Shown: piece after piece, positions 31,301-41,700 of the stretch
Layout of the letters: every line of letters starts with the position of its first letter
Position numbering within the stretch: position 1 is the stretch's first letter
Virus record (IMG/VR): IMGVR_UViG_3300047289_000086
Length of the DNA stretch: 64,000 nt
Strand: one strand, 5' to 3'
Source of the DNA: a virus
Position numbers and translations under genes: made by a program
The notes under the pieces: generated by a model
Seen by the model: only the letters and a program-made list of their open reading frames with translations
Told to the model about the DNA's origin: nothing
Database searches by the model: none

Positions 31301-33054
31301 AAGCTGTTGATACTAATATTGACTTGATCAAAGCTAATACTGAATTACGTGCAACTATTGAAGAATCCAATGCTATAGCCGCATTAGCTAATGCTCAACC
31401 TGGGGCTGACAGAACTGCATTAGAAGCAGATAAAGCATCAGCTACAAAATTTAATGAGTTACTAGCTAAAGCCAAAAATGGAACCATGGAGTTTAGCTCT
31501 ACAGGCAATAAAGATGCAGATGCAAGATTACAGTTAAAAATATCTAATTATAACGCTTCAATACAAGCGCAGCAAGCTACTAAAAAAGAACTAGGCGGTA
31601 AGCGTGCAGCAACAGATATTGAAACTGAACGTGGAGTACGTGGTGGTCGATTAGAGTATATGCGTCAGATAGAGTCTGCACAAGAAGCTATTAATCAACT
31701 TCAATTAACAAGTTTAAATAATCAACAAAATATTACTGGTGCAGGTACTGAAGGTGGATTAGCTCTTATCAAAGAATTAGAAAACCGTGTTTTACTTAAT
31801 AAACAAGAAGCTGAACGACTTACTATTGAAAATGCAGTAACTAACGCAATGATATCAAGAAATGCTGAAGAGTTTATGCATCAACTTAGACTTAAAGGCT
31901 TACTTGCAGAACGTCAAACTCTTGAAAAGGCCGCTAAAGATGAAAGTGACCGAATTAAGTTGATTGATCTTCGTGTTTCCAAAGAAAAATTAGCACGAGA
32001 CACTAAATCTCAAGCTGATGAAAATTCTTTAAAAATGACAGCAGCGCAATTAGGTGCTAATCAAGAGTTGTACAATGTACAACTATCTTTAGGTATGATA
32101 TATGGCGAAGCAGCTGAAGGTCAAAGAAAAGCTCTTGAACTTGCTAAATTGCGTAACGAAATTTCACAATCTCAATTAGCTTTAACAAAAGCAGAAGCTG
32201 ATGCTCTTGCTGAAATAGATGCAAGAGCGTCAAAACTTAGTAAAGATGATCCACAATACAAAGAGAGAAAAAGACAGCTTGATGACGACAGAACCAAAGA
32301 AATTGAAAGGTTTGCCTCAGAAAGAGCTACCCTAGACATAACTAATCAAGGACGTAAAACAGCTTTAGACTTAACACAATCTTTAACAGATCGTCAGCTA
32401 GCCTATGGTGAAGTATTTAAAAATAGCTTTGCTGATATGGGTAATGCACTTATTGAGTTTACTAAAACTGGTAAATTAAATTTTAAAGGTTTAATTGACT
32501 CAATGATTGAAGGCTTAATTCGTTATGAAATGGCAGAGCAGTCTAAAATGCTGTATGCTGCATTTAGGCCAACTTTAATGAGTGGGATTAATAGTTTATT
32601 TGGACCTACGGTATCTCCACAACAACTAGCTACTTCTGCAAATGCATTTAATATAAACGCCAAGGGTGGAGTTTATGACGCAGGATTGCATATGTTTGCT
32701 AAAGGGGGAATGTTTACCAACTCTGTTGTGAGTTCTCCAACTTTATTTAAGTTTGCCAGAGGCACGGGATTAATGGGCGAAGCAGGTCCTGAAGCTATTA
32801 TGCCCCTAAAGCGTGACAGCAATGGTAACCTTGGAGTTCGTGCAGGAGGTGGAGGCGGCAGTGTTGATGTAGTTGTTAACAACTATGGAAACGAACGTGC
32901 TACTACTAAAGAAACTACTGACTCACGCGGAAATCGTAAAATTGAAGTAGTAATTGGCGATATGGTTGCAAGCGAAGTAGCCCGACCAGGAAGTTCAGTT
33001 CAACAATCGCTAGCAAATGGCTTTAATAATAGGCCCGCATTAGCAAGGAGATAA
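28357..33054 (+). CDS. tape measure protein
   Basis: 1565 aa, long Ala/Lys/Glu-rich helical protein in the canonical position. Confidence 0.9.
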   Translation: MANNDTAVLYIKLSDLGTISASHKDLKAFKGTFDSLQKDMNRPAGKGKGGWKNAMMGSNEYDVARGSAGATGASGRDFANQARGLDGLVRLYATYAANVFAAGAAFRALSNAADTTNMIKGMDQLGAASGTALGTIAKRLVDTTDGAISFREAIEATTKGTAAGLSSKQMQQLGEVANKASKALGVAMPDAISRLTRGISKLEPELLDELGLFTKIEKATQEYARSIGKTAGSLTDFEKRQAFATAVLKEGLDKFSAIDVGANPYDKLLASLQNLGQGALEIVNKVLTPLVNVLSQNPTALLAVLGAIGASILKSAIPALGQYRQNLQNAANESRMVFTKIYSDQQEKIGLLADSAGAAAAQAYKNTAETRSKIEELQKSATSISKGRKDFASLAAKDPFAITPEEIKSLENRARYLKGRNDAEAQALTLHLQKMKAIRAGAAAAFETASTGVIKGTEPGYTTPGSNDIINKRTLNKLAGESIRSTTAETQAIYGSRAAYAKLNQEIALAREGKLKTITRYDEEGKAVVETTGKMTKLQAGYTRIAGIIGIVGQKLGSLISAFGIYGVVAGIVAEGITLIDSSLSKTGKQAEAFAKSIEGIDDSSKNLVRTFEVLNKTPFSSGTIQGILALSNAQLEVSNSVETAIDSAKKLQRAMKTSPYDQVKDDIAKFFGGGVSKNLAKSLNTTVQDSLQVFAEMGKTDEAETILKKALGVESLDITSVTKALETGDEAVNRYKDAQKKLSSVIGNSSSNLQAFKSATEVSNKAYQEFIQSTANNNPLFKLGQSLNDVSNAMLKVTSGGINEINAAFDDLTKNPEKFQLFGKEFVDQFVGMRDQFKLSFEAYNTYKNSINQLDQQDIKTKRELELVQSALKVNPLSDRDNRRAKELQASLDTNNESRNLARRQQAGLSTDIFKQASDLFNKGADKAYEKSKELINVALGQAAEKAALAIDQAKAGGLTGAAAAAEQGRIKQREISIQMKAVDTNIDLIKANTELRATIEESNAIAALANAQPGADRTALEADKASATKFNELLAKAKNGTMEFSSTGNKDADARLQLKISNYNASIQAQQATKKELGGKRAATDIETERGVRGGRLEYMRQIESAQEAINQLQLTSLNNQQNITGAGTEGGLALIKELENRVLLNKQEAERLTIENAVTNAMISRNAEEFMHQLRLKGLLAERQTLEKAAKDESDRIKLIDLRVSKEKLARDTKSQADENSLKMTAAQLGANQELYNVQLSLGMIYGEAAEGQRKALELAKLRNEISQSQLALTKAEADALAEIDARASKLSKDDPQYKERKRQLDDDRTKEIERFASERATLDITNQGRKTALDLTQSLTDRQLAYGEVFKNSFADMGNALIEFTKTGKLNFKGLIDSMIEGLIRYEMAEQSKMLYAAFRPTLMSGINSLFGPTVSPQQLATSANAFNINAKGGVYDAGLHMFAKGGMFTNSVVSSPTLFKFARGTGLMGEAGPEAIMPLKRDSNGNLGVRAGGGGGSVDVVVNNYGNERATTKETTDSRGNRKIEVVIGDMVASEVARPGSSVQQSLANGFNNRPALARR

Positions 33055-33056
33055 GT

Positions 33057-33422
33057 ATGACAATTCCAGCATGGTCAGCACAACAACTACCACAAGTTCC
33101 ACAAAAAGGATTTTCAGAGTCTATTGGGTTGAACGTTATACGTTCGCCCATGGACGCTGGTCCCTCTAAGATGCGTCGTAGAGCTGCAGGTGTTAATACA
33201 ATGGATCTATCCTTTATTATGACAACTGCTCAATGCACAACATTAGAAAATTTTATTAAAAACACACTACTTGGCGTTAAACGATTTACATTCCCGCATC
33301 CACGTACAAATACTAATGTAGAAGTACGTATTGTACCAAGTGGCGACGGGGAGTTCTTTAAACTCCAATACTTAGCACCAGGCTACTGGAACACGTCTTT
33401 AAAATTTGAAATACTACCATAA
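33057..33422 (+). CDS. minor/distal tail protein
   Basis: 121 aa, directly after the tape measure. Confidence 0.55.
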   Translation: MTIPAWSAQQLPQVPQKGFSESIGLNVIRSPMDAGPSKMRRRAAGVNTMDLSFIMTTAQCTTLENFIKNTLLGVKRFTFPHPRTNTNVEVRIVPSGDGEFFKLQYLAPGYWNTSLKFEILP

Positions 33423-33964
33423 TGAGCAGACTAAGTAGGTTATCACCACAAGCAATTAAAGCAATGTTTTCATCTGAAACAGATGAACAGCTTATAATGC
33501 TTTTAACAATATATGATCCTAATGGGTCAACAGATCCCGCAGCTACAACTACTCCAATTAGATTAACTGATAACTATACACAAAGATTGTCTTCTACTAC
33601 AGATGACGAAGTAGTTTATGGTGTTGTAAGTAACTCACAGGAATATGTATTTATCCCAATGACACTAAACTTACCCAACGAACAAGAAACTGGGTTAGGC
33701 GACTGCTCAATCACATTAAACTTTGTTACTCCAGAAACAATTACAGTTATCAGAGATCACTTACGCATTAGAACTAAAGTTCTAATACAGTTGGTAGTAT
33801 CTAGCAATCTTAATTACGTTGAAGCAACCCTACAAGATTATTATATTACAGCAGCATCTTATAATGCTGAAAGCGTTAACCTAACTCTAAGCATGGTAAG
33901 TTATAATACTGAACCATTTCCTAGTTTTAGTTTTACCCCTAGTTACTTTCCAGGATTATTCTAA
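33422..33964 (+). CDS. minor tail protein
   Basis: 180 aa, ATAATG overlap, in the lambda L-like position. Confidence 0.55.
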   Translation: MSRLSRLSPQAIKAMFSSETDEQLIMLLTIYDPNGSTDPAATTTPIRLTDNYTQRLSSTTDDEVVYGVVSNSQEYVFIPMTLNLPNEQETGLGDCSITLNFVTPETITVIRDHLRIRTKVLIQLVVSSNLNYVEATLQDYYITAASYNAESVNLTLSMVSYNTEPFPSFSFTPSYFPGLF

Positions 33965-36900
33965 TGAATTATGATAAGTATATTGGACTACCCTATCTAG
34001 ACAATGGCAGAACTCCAACTGGCGTAGATTGCTGGGGATTGGCTCGTCTGGTTTACAAAGACGAATTTGGGATAGACTTGCCCAGTTATACTGAAGAATA
34101 CATTGGCGGAACTGATCCTCATATTGTTCAAGTAGTAGAACTTTACAAAGATAATTGGGAAGATACTACCACACCAGATATTGGGGATTTGTGTCTGTTC
34201 AATATCTTTGGTGAGCCTATGCACGTGGGTGTATTTGTAGGCAACAATAAGTTTTTACATTGCCGTCGTGGTAGCGACTCAGTAATTGAATCACTAACCA
34301 ATATCAAGTGGAAAAACCGTTTTGTAGGTTTTTATAAGTATGCTCCGCAAACACAAGTACAATCAGTTGGAGCGCCACACCCACTAAAGCTTAGTGTATA
34401 CCGTGACTGGACAGTGGAAGGTACTAGTGTCCATGACTTTGTAGAATTTGTAAAATCCAAGTATACAGTAAGCACAGAATTAGTAAGTAAAATTGTAGTT
34501 ATGATTGATGGCATAGTTGTGCCTAAATCAGAATGGAAAAATACTGTAGTAAAAGGTGGCCAACAAATTAGCTATAAAAGCGTAGCTGAAGGTACTTCTA
34601 CTAAACGATTATTAATAACACTTGCAGCAGTTGCACTTGCTACTGTTGATGGAGGTACTTACTCCTCACAGCTTGGAGGATATCTTACTAACGGCTATCT
34701 TACTGGTAACGCAGCAATGGTAGCCGGAAACATAGCTATTCAAATAGCAAGCATGGCTTTGCAAAATGTTATTGCACCTATTCGTCCACCCAAAACAAAT
34801 GATCCAGGTAGTGCAAATGCACTAAACTTATTAAATGGCAGTGCTAATCAAGCAAGCCAGCATGGAGCAATTCCAGTTGTACTAGGTAAAGTTAGATTTA
34901 CAGGTATGCTTGGAGCTATTCCTTATGTTGAGTCATTAACAGAAACAAACATTTTAAATTTGGCTATTGTTTGGGGGTTCGGCCCTCTAGCTATAACAGA
35001 TTTGTGCATTGGCGCAAAACCAATGGAAGACTTTTATTATGGTGAACCTGCTTCTGTACCAAGGCCTATTATTATTAATGGTTTTGCACGTGATTACGTA
35101 CTTGGTGCTGCAGGCGGTATTGGCGGTACTTTCAACAACCAGTACGGTCGTGATGTTCAACAAAAACAAGTAAACTTAGAACTAACAAATAATGCAAGTA
35201 ACATAACTGTTAGCCATCCTGGTACACGTAGATGGCAGCAAGTTGATTTAACACAAGAGTCTGATGCAGTTGATATTGTGTTATCATTTCCAGAAGGTAT
35301 GCGTAAGGTTAATACTAAAAATGGTGAAGTAGCTGCAACTACGTGCGGTATTGAAATACAGATGCGCGAGTATAGTACCACTGCATGGGGTGAAGAAGAC
35401 GCTAGTTCGGCTTTAAATGTATATACTTTTAAAGCTGGTGATACCAATGCATATCAGTTATTTACAATGATTCCGCCTGGAGACGCAGGCTTTGAAACAA
35501 ACTTATATCGTTATACCACTTTTTGTGTATCACCTAATGGAGGTGTACAACGATTTGACGGAGCTATAACAGATAGATTAGGGTTAGACGCTACTGATCC
35601 TATACAGGCAATGTTTGCACAAACTGCATATAGTTCTCTACTAGGTACTTCAGGTACTAAAAGTTATCAGCCACAAATACCTACGGGATATTTGCCAATA
35701 TATACCATTTATCAAGATAGAGGTACAGGAGCAATTACACAAATAACTCCGCACCCTATAACAGCTTATAGCGGTAAAACTGGTTTAGAGTATGAACTAA
35801 TTGAAACTCCAGAAACAATTGGTAGTGGACAAGATGCTACATTTACTACATCAGCAATTAAAACAGTTAAAATAAAATCGGGACGTGTATATAGTGATGC
35901 TAGCGGTATTGATCTTACTGCCACCGAAAGACCAATTTGGAGTACCAATGATTTATTAACCGCAGGTACTCCAGGAGTTGTAAGGGCTTCTGGCCCAGGG
36001 AGTTGGGGTGACTTCTTAAAAAACTACGCGGTTTGGGGCACTACAGGCTATACTACTCCAGCAGCAAATGCTGCAAATCCTAATGCCTATGGAGGTACAT
36101 GGAATTTTACTGTACCTCCTGTTAATTTTCCTTATACTGGATACTATACAGTTGAAGCAGCTGCAGATGATCAAGGTGAAATTTTAATTGATGGTATTCG
36201 CGCTGTACAGATTCCTAAATCTGGAAAAGATAATAGTAGTATCAAAGGTTTAATAAAACTAAAAGAAGGATACCATACTATTGTACTAAATGGTGTAGAT
36301 AATCAAGCTACTCAATTTGGTATAGCTGCTAAAATTACTTATATTGCTAACAATGGTGTTAATATACAAGCTTCGTCTAATACTATTCTTACATTTGGTG
36401 AAGGTTCTTGGTTTGCAAAACGCAAAGACGCATTTAACTGGGTTCACTCAGTTGAAAATCTTAAAAGAGCTAAATATCAAGTACGTGTTCGTCGTACAAA
36501 TTCAGATGAAACAGAAGATGAAACAGATTATAAAAAGTTTCATAAAGCAATTTTAGCTAACGTTACTGGATATGACAGTCAAAAATTGCCAATGGAAAAT
36601 CCTCCTGGATGCTACTTGGCAAAGACTGGTATACGAGTACAAAGTAGCAGTAAGATAAATGGACAGATAGATGGCGTTAATGCTATGGTCCAAACCATTA
36701 CATGGGACTACGATAGAACCACAGGTAGCTGGCAAAACTTACGAGAAACTAATAATCCTGCTAGTTTATTTGCTTATGTGTTAATGCACCCTGCAAATGC
36801 TTTCCGTGTTACACCAGACAAGATTGACCTTGCTAGTTTAACAGCATGGCATAACTACTGCAACCCTATTCCGCAAGATGTAAGTTCAGCAAACTTAGTT

Positions 36901-38697
36901 ACAGGTAGATACTATACTATTAAAACTGCTGGCACTACTAATTGGATGGCTATTGGAGCTGCTTCTAATAGTGTAGGTGAAAGCTTTTATGCTACAGGTA
37001 CTTGGAGTGGTGGAGGCGTTGCCACATACGACCCTAAATTTACTTATAATGGAGTATTGTCTAGCACACAAAGCGTAATGGAAACACTACGTGATATATG
37101 TGCAGCTGGCAAAGCTAGCCCTACATACATCGACGGTAAGTGGGGCGTAGTAATTGATATAGAACGTTCGCATACTGTGCAACATTTTACCGAACATAAT
37201 AGCTGGGGGTTCGAAGCAAACAAAGTATTACCAGTATTACCACACGCTTTTCGTGTTAATATAAATGACGAAACTTTAGCTTATCAAGCAAATGAAATTA
37301 TTGTTTACAACTATGGTTACGGACCAACAACTGCAAATGGTAAGATTGGTGCTACACTATTTGAGCAAATTAGTTTACCAGGTGTAACAAATCCTGACCA
37401 AGCTACACGTTTGGCTCGTTGGCACTTTGCACAAATTAAACTGCGCCCAGAAACTTATACAATTAATGTAGACTTTGAGCATTTAGTTTGTACTCGCGGA
37501 GATCGAGTAAAGATTACTCACAGTGTTCCTCAGTGGGGTATTGGTAGTGGTCGTTTAGGTCCTGGTGTTGATGATGCTGTTACAGGAACTACGCTAACAC
37601 TAACAGAGCCAGTATCATTAACTAACAATACTCAGTATACTATTTTAATTAGAACTAATAATATTACTACTACCGCTGGTAGTGGCAGTGTAACACGAAC
37701 ATTTACTTATACTGGTGCCACAGGCTATACTAATACTATTACTGTACCTGCAATAACACTAGCTGACGGCGTAAAAACTGACAACTTATTTATGATAGGT
37801 TTAACTACTAATACTGTGCAAGATTGTATAGTTACCTCAGTTGAGCCAAGTACTAATTACAGTGCACGACTAACCTTAGTTGATTACTCACCAGAAATTT
37901 ACACTGCAGATTTAAGCGGATTATTAACTTATAATCCAAAAATATCTACTAGCAATATTACTTTAGTAAAAAACAGTATTACAAGTGTGCCTGTTATTAC
38001 TAGTATTACTAGCAGTAGTGTTCAAAGTAATCAGATTGCACCAGGCGCTTATCAAAACAAAGCAACTGTAGCTTTTACAAACCCAAATGATTTGCAAGCT
38101 GTTGCTGTTCGCGTACAGTTTGATATTATTGAAGGTGACGTAGCTGGTTGGGATTCTAATCCTGGCACTATCTACGATACTGATAAAAGTAATAGTAACT
38201 TTGAGTTTACTAATTTATTTAATGATAAAAAGTATAAGGTACGTGCAAGATATACAAACGCTGATCGTACAATCTGTGGGCCTTGGTCCGAAGACTATGC
38301 CTTTACCAATGATGGTAAGAACAGAAACTTCCAGACCCCACCAGCAATTGCATTAGACTTAGAAAATACATATATTGTAGTAGACCCTACAATAGTTAGT
38401 ACTTCTAAAGAAATTGCTGGATATGCTTATAGATTATATAGAGATAGTGGTACTGCGGATTTATGGGATACTACACCTATTATTCCACAAGTAATAAATA
38501 ATGGGCAAGGCAGACTAAATTTACTCGATATACCCGTAACTTCGACTAGTCATCGAATATCGGAAACTGGAGTAACTTATAGAGTAGCTTGCAAAGTTGT
38601 AGATAAGCTCGGTAATTATAGTGATACAACTAGTTATGGTACAACTATAGCAGGTGGCGTTACTTATAACTACATAAAAATTAAAACAATTGTTTAA
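33964..38697 (+). CDS. NlpC/P60 peptidase + host-specificity (lambda K-I-J-like) fusion protein
   Basis: N-terminal VDCWGLARLVY...HVGVFVG...FLHC is an NlpC/P60 Cys-His pattern. A hydrophobic segment LLITLAAVALATV follows, then a >1200 aa J-like body. Confidence 0.8.
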   Translation: MNYDKYIGLPYLDNGRTPTGVDCWGLARLVYKDEFGIDLPSYTEEYIGGTDPHIVQVVELYKDNWEDTTTPDIGDLCLFNIFGEPMHVGVFVGNNKFLHCRRGSDSVIESLTNIKWKNRFVGFYKYAPQTQVQSVGAPHPLKLSVYRDWTVEGTSVHDFVEFVKSKYTVSTELVSKIVVMIDGIVVPKSEWKNTVVKGGQQISYKSVAEGTSTKRLLITLAAVALATVDGGTYSSQLGGYLTNGYLTGNAAMVAGNIAIQIASMALQNVIAPIRPPKTNDPGSANALNLLNGSANQASQHGAIPVVLGKVRFTGMLGAIPYVESLTETNILNLAIVWGFGPLAITDLCIGAKPMEDFYYGEPASVPRPIIINGFARDYVLGAAGGIGGTFNNQYGRDVQQKQVNLELTNNASNITVSHPGTRRWQQVDLTQESDAVDIVLSFPEGMRKVNTKNGEVAATTCGIEIQMREYSTTAWGEEDASSALNVYTFKAGDTNAYQLFTMIPPGDAGFETNLYRYTTFCVSPNGGVQRFDGAITDRLGLDATDPIQAMFAQTAYSSLLGTSGTKSYQPQIPTGYLPIYTIYQDRGTGAITQITPHPITAYSGKTGLEYELIETPETIGSGQDATFTTSAIKTVKIKSGRVYSDASGIDLTATERPIWSTNDLLTAGTPGVVRASGPGSWGDFLKNYAVWGTTGYTTPAANAANPNAYGGTWNFTVPPVNFPYTGYYTVEAAADDQGEILIDGIRAVQIPKSGKDNSSIKGLIKLKEGYHTIVLNGVDNQATQFGIAAKITYIANNGVNIQASSNTILTFGEGSWFAKRKDAFNWVHSVENLKRAKYQVRVRRTNSDETEDETDYKKFHKAILANVTGYDSQKLPMENPPGCYLAKTGIRVQSSSKINGQIDGVNAMVQTITWDYDRTTGSWQNLRETNNPASLFAYVLMHPANAFRVTPDKIDLASLTAWHNYCNPIPQDVSSANLVTGRYYTIKTAGTTNWMAIGAASNSVGESFYATGTWSGGGVATYDPKFTYNGVLSSTQSVMETLRDICAAGKASPTYIDGKWGVVIDIERSHTVQHFTEHNSWGFEANKVLPVLPHAFRVNINDETLAYQANEIIVYNYGYGPTTANGKIGATLFEQISLPGVTNPDQATRLARWHFAQIKLRPETYTINVDFEHLVCTRGDRVKITHSVPQWGIGSGRLGPGVDDAVTGTTLTLTEPVSLTNNTQYTILIRTNNITTTAGSGSVTRTFTYTGATGYTNTITVPAITLADGVKTDNLFMIGLTTNTVQDCIVTSVEPSTNYSARLTLVDYSPEIYTADLSGLLTYNPKISTSNITLVKNSITSVPVITSITSSSVQSNQIAPGAYQNKATVAFTNPNDLQAVAVRVQFDIIEGDVAGWDSNPGTIYDTDKSNSNFEFTNLFNDKKYKVRARYTNADRTICGPWSEDYAFTNDGKNRNFQTPPAIALDLENTYIVVDPTIVSTSKEIAGYAYRLYRDSGTADLWDTTPIIPQVINNGQGRLNLLDIPVTSTSHRISETGVTYRVACKVVDKLGNYSDTTSYGTTIAGGVTYNYIKIKTIV

Positions 38698-38706
38698 GGG
38701 ATAAAT

Positions 38707-41700
38707 ATGGCAGCAAGCTTATCCGCAGGTGTAAATTCACTAATATTAAAGTTAGACACTCCTTATGATAGTCTAAGAACTTATGATATTAGGGATGACT
38801 TAGTTAAAGTAAAGGTCTGGTGTTCTACTACGTCAGGCTTTACACCATCAGATAGTAATCTAGTGTTTAATGCTAGTGGTCTGTCTATTATTATATCATC
38901 GATACCCAATGGCACTAGCACACCAACTCCCATAGTAGCAGGTACAACGTACTATGTAAAGTATGCTTTTATTAGTGCTATTGAAGAGTCTGAGTTTACT
39001 ATTTTATCACCAACACCTGCCTTTGCAGTTCCTGTAACAGGAGCTGCAGGCAGTAGTGTTTCTATGGTATTTAAACGCAGTGCTACTCAGCCTGCTACAC
39101 CTGATCCAAGTGCGTCTACACCTGCAGGTTGGTATCCAGATGTAAATTCAGTACCAGTAGGAACTGATGCTATTTGGACTAGTGTTGGTTCAAAATCAAG
39201 TACTGCAACACTATTTACTTGGCAAACTCCAGTTCGTGTCGAAGGCGAAGGCGGAGTACGTGGTGATAGCGCGCGTATTGCTTACAAAACACAAAGTCAA
39301 CAGCTAGCTGCACCAGTAATCAGCGAAACAAATAGTCAAACTACAGGAAATACTAGTTTTCCAACAGGTTGGTCGGGGACTATTACTACACCTACGGCAG
39401 GACAAAGTCTTTGGGCAGTAGACGGTATTTTTAATACCCCTTCTAATAAGACAACTTGGAGCACCCCTTACTTAACGCAAGGCTTTCCTACCACTATTCA
39501 AAGTGACAACTATAATGCAAACACATTAGGTTGGCAAATTCAGCGTGATACTGGAAATGCTTTCTTTAATAATGTTACCGCACGCGGTAGTCTTATTACT
39601 GGTGACATTGCAGCGCAACGTATTGAGATTAATAAAGTTGTTACACCTGGAACTGCAACTACACAACAAGTTGGTACCAATAGACTAGAAGCTTTTTCAA
39701 GTAATAATATTAGATTTTTAACACTTGGTGGTTCAGGCGGAACTACGCAAGATACTGCTGTTATCGGTATTAGTGCTAATAACAATGTTATAAACCCTGT
39801 TTGGATTGAAAGTAGTGCTGATATTGGCTCTAATATTCTAAGCAATACGTTAGGCAAAGCTAATGCTATTTCTTCAGTATCTAATAATGGTGGACGTTTA
39901 TTTTATGGTTATGTAACAGGACCCGGAGCAAATGCGCCTAAAGATGCTTTTCAGATTGATGTAAATAGTCCTAATCATACTGGTAATGCTATTGCTATAA
40001 ATATGGGTGCCAGTACAGGATCCGCTATTTCTGTTGGTGGTAGTGGGGATGGGTACGCAATTGATGCAGTTACAAATACTAGTGGAGCTGCGGGCACTAA
40101 ATCTGGTATTGCTTACTTTCGTGGAATAGATTTTCCTACAACTCAAGCCGTACTTACAGGAAGCGGTTCACAAGCAAAAATTACAGTTAATTTTACTAAC
40201 TTAAATACTGCTGGCGAATTAACTTATTCATTTACGCTAGAGGGTGTATCTTACAGCTTTCCACTAGAGTACGACTTTGAAACTTTTAATAGTTTGCCAC
40301 TGTTTGTTAGTGCTATAGCTGCATCTATTAATAATACGTGGCAAGTGTCCTATACTACTGCAAATACAGCAAGTCCGTTTGCTAGTGGCAGTTTTATTCT
40401 TACAAAACCAACAGTTGGAGTAGCTACAGGTACTAACTCTGGTTCTATTGGCACATTTACTGGTAGTTTTGTAAACGGTACTGCACCTACTTATACTACC
40501 AGTAATACTAAGGTTCGTCTTACTCCTTTTCCAAACGACACTACAAAAGTATTACGCGGAGATGGGTCATGGGGAACTGTTGCAGGTTCGGGCGGGTATG
40601 TAGATCTTCGCTACAGTGTTCGTGATTATGGTGCTAAAGGTGATAATAGTACAGACGATACAGCGGCTATTCAAGCTACTATTAATATGGCAAGAACTAC
40701 GGGTGGAACAGTTTATTTTCCACGCGGAGTATATACCATTACGTCTAGCTTAAACTATACTGCTATTGCAGGTAACGACCCAATTTATAGGGTTCACTTT
40801 GCTGGAGACGGTATTGGCGCAAGTTTAATCCGCCAAATTGGCAGTGGTGATGGACTAGTTATTGCAGGATACACAGGTAGCCCTATAAATCCTAATTTGT
40901 ATACACACATTTCCGATCTTCAGTTTGTGGGTTCAGGTAGTGGCCAAGGTTTAAGTATAACTAATGGTGCTTATGTATATGTAGAAGCCTGCCACTTTAC
41001 AAATTGGGCATATGGTTTTTATGGATCTAACTTTTTAAGTTCTACATTTTCAGCTTGTGCTTTCCGTTTTAATCAACGCGGTTTTGTAATTGAACGCATA
41101 GCTGGTGGAAACTATGCTAGTAGTCCGAACGCCCTTACAATGCTAAATTGTGAGATAGGTGCTAATTCACTGTTTGGTGGTTGGGTACTTGGTCCTGGTG
41201 TATTTACTATGCAAGGCGGGGCTATCGAAGGAAATGGTACTACATCGGGTAGTACGTCAAACTGGGGTTTAAAGATAAGCGAACCAAGCGGTTCTACTGC
41301 AATAGAAAGTGCAGTTGGAGTTTCACTTGATGGTGTTTACTTTGAAGTTAACTCAGGTATTGCTGACTTGTGGATTGAAAGTAGCTCAGCAAAACCAGGT
41401 GTAACAAATAATATTAATGGTTGTAGCTTTGTACGTATAAGCAGTAATTATCCAACATATAGTATTTTACTATATGCTTCTAGCGCAGCCAATAGCTATA
41501 ACAATGTTATTAGTGGTTGCGGATTTAAAGGACTGTCAGGATATACTCCAAGTGCTAGTCGCATGACTATTTCAAACTACAACACTAAAGTACAATTATT
41601 AGGCTGTAGTTTTGACAGTGTTGTAGATGCTTATGTTACTGGAGACGAAAATCAGTTTGAAACCGCCCTACGTGTTCCAGACCTTAAAGATCTTAGCGGT

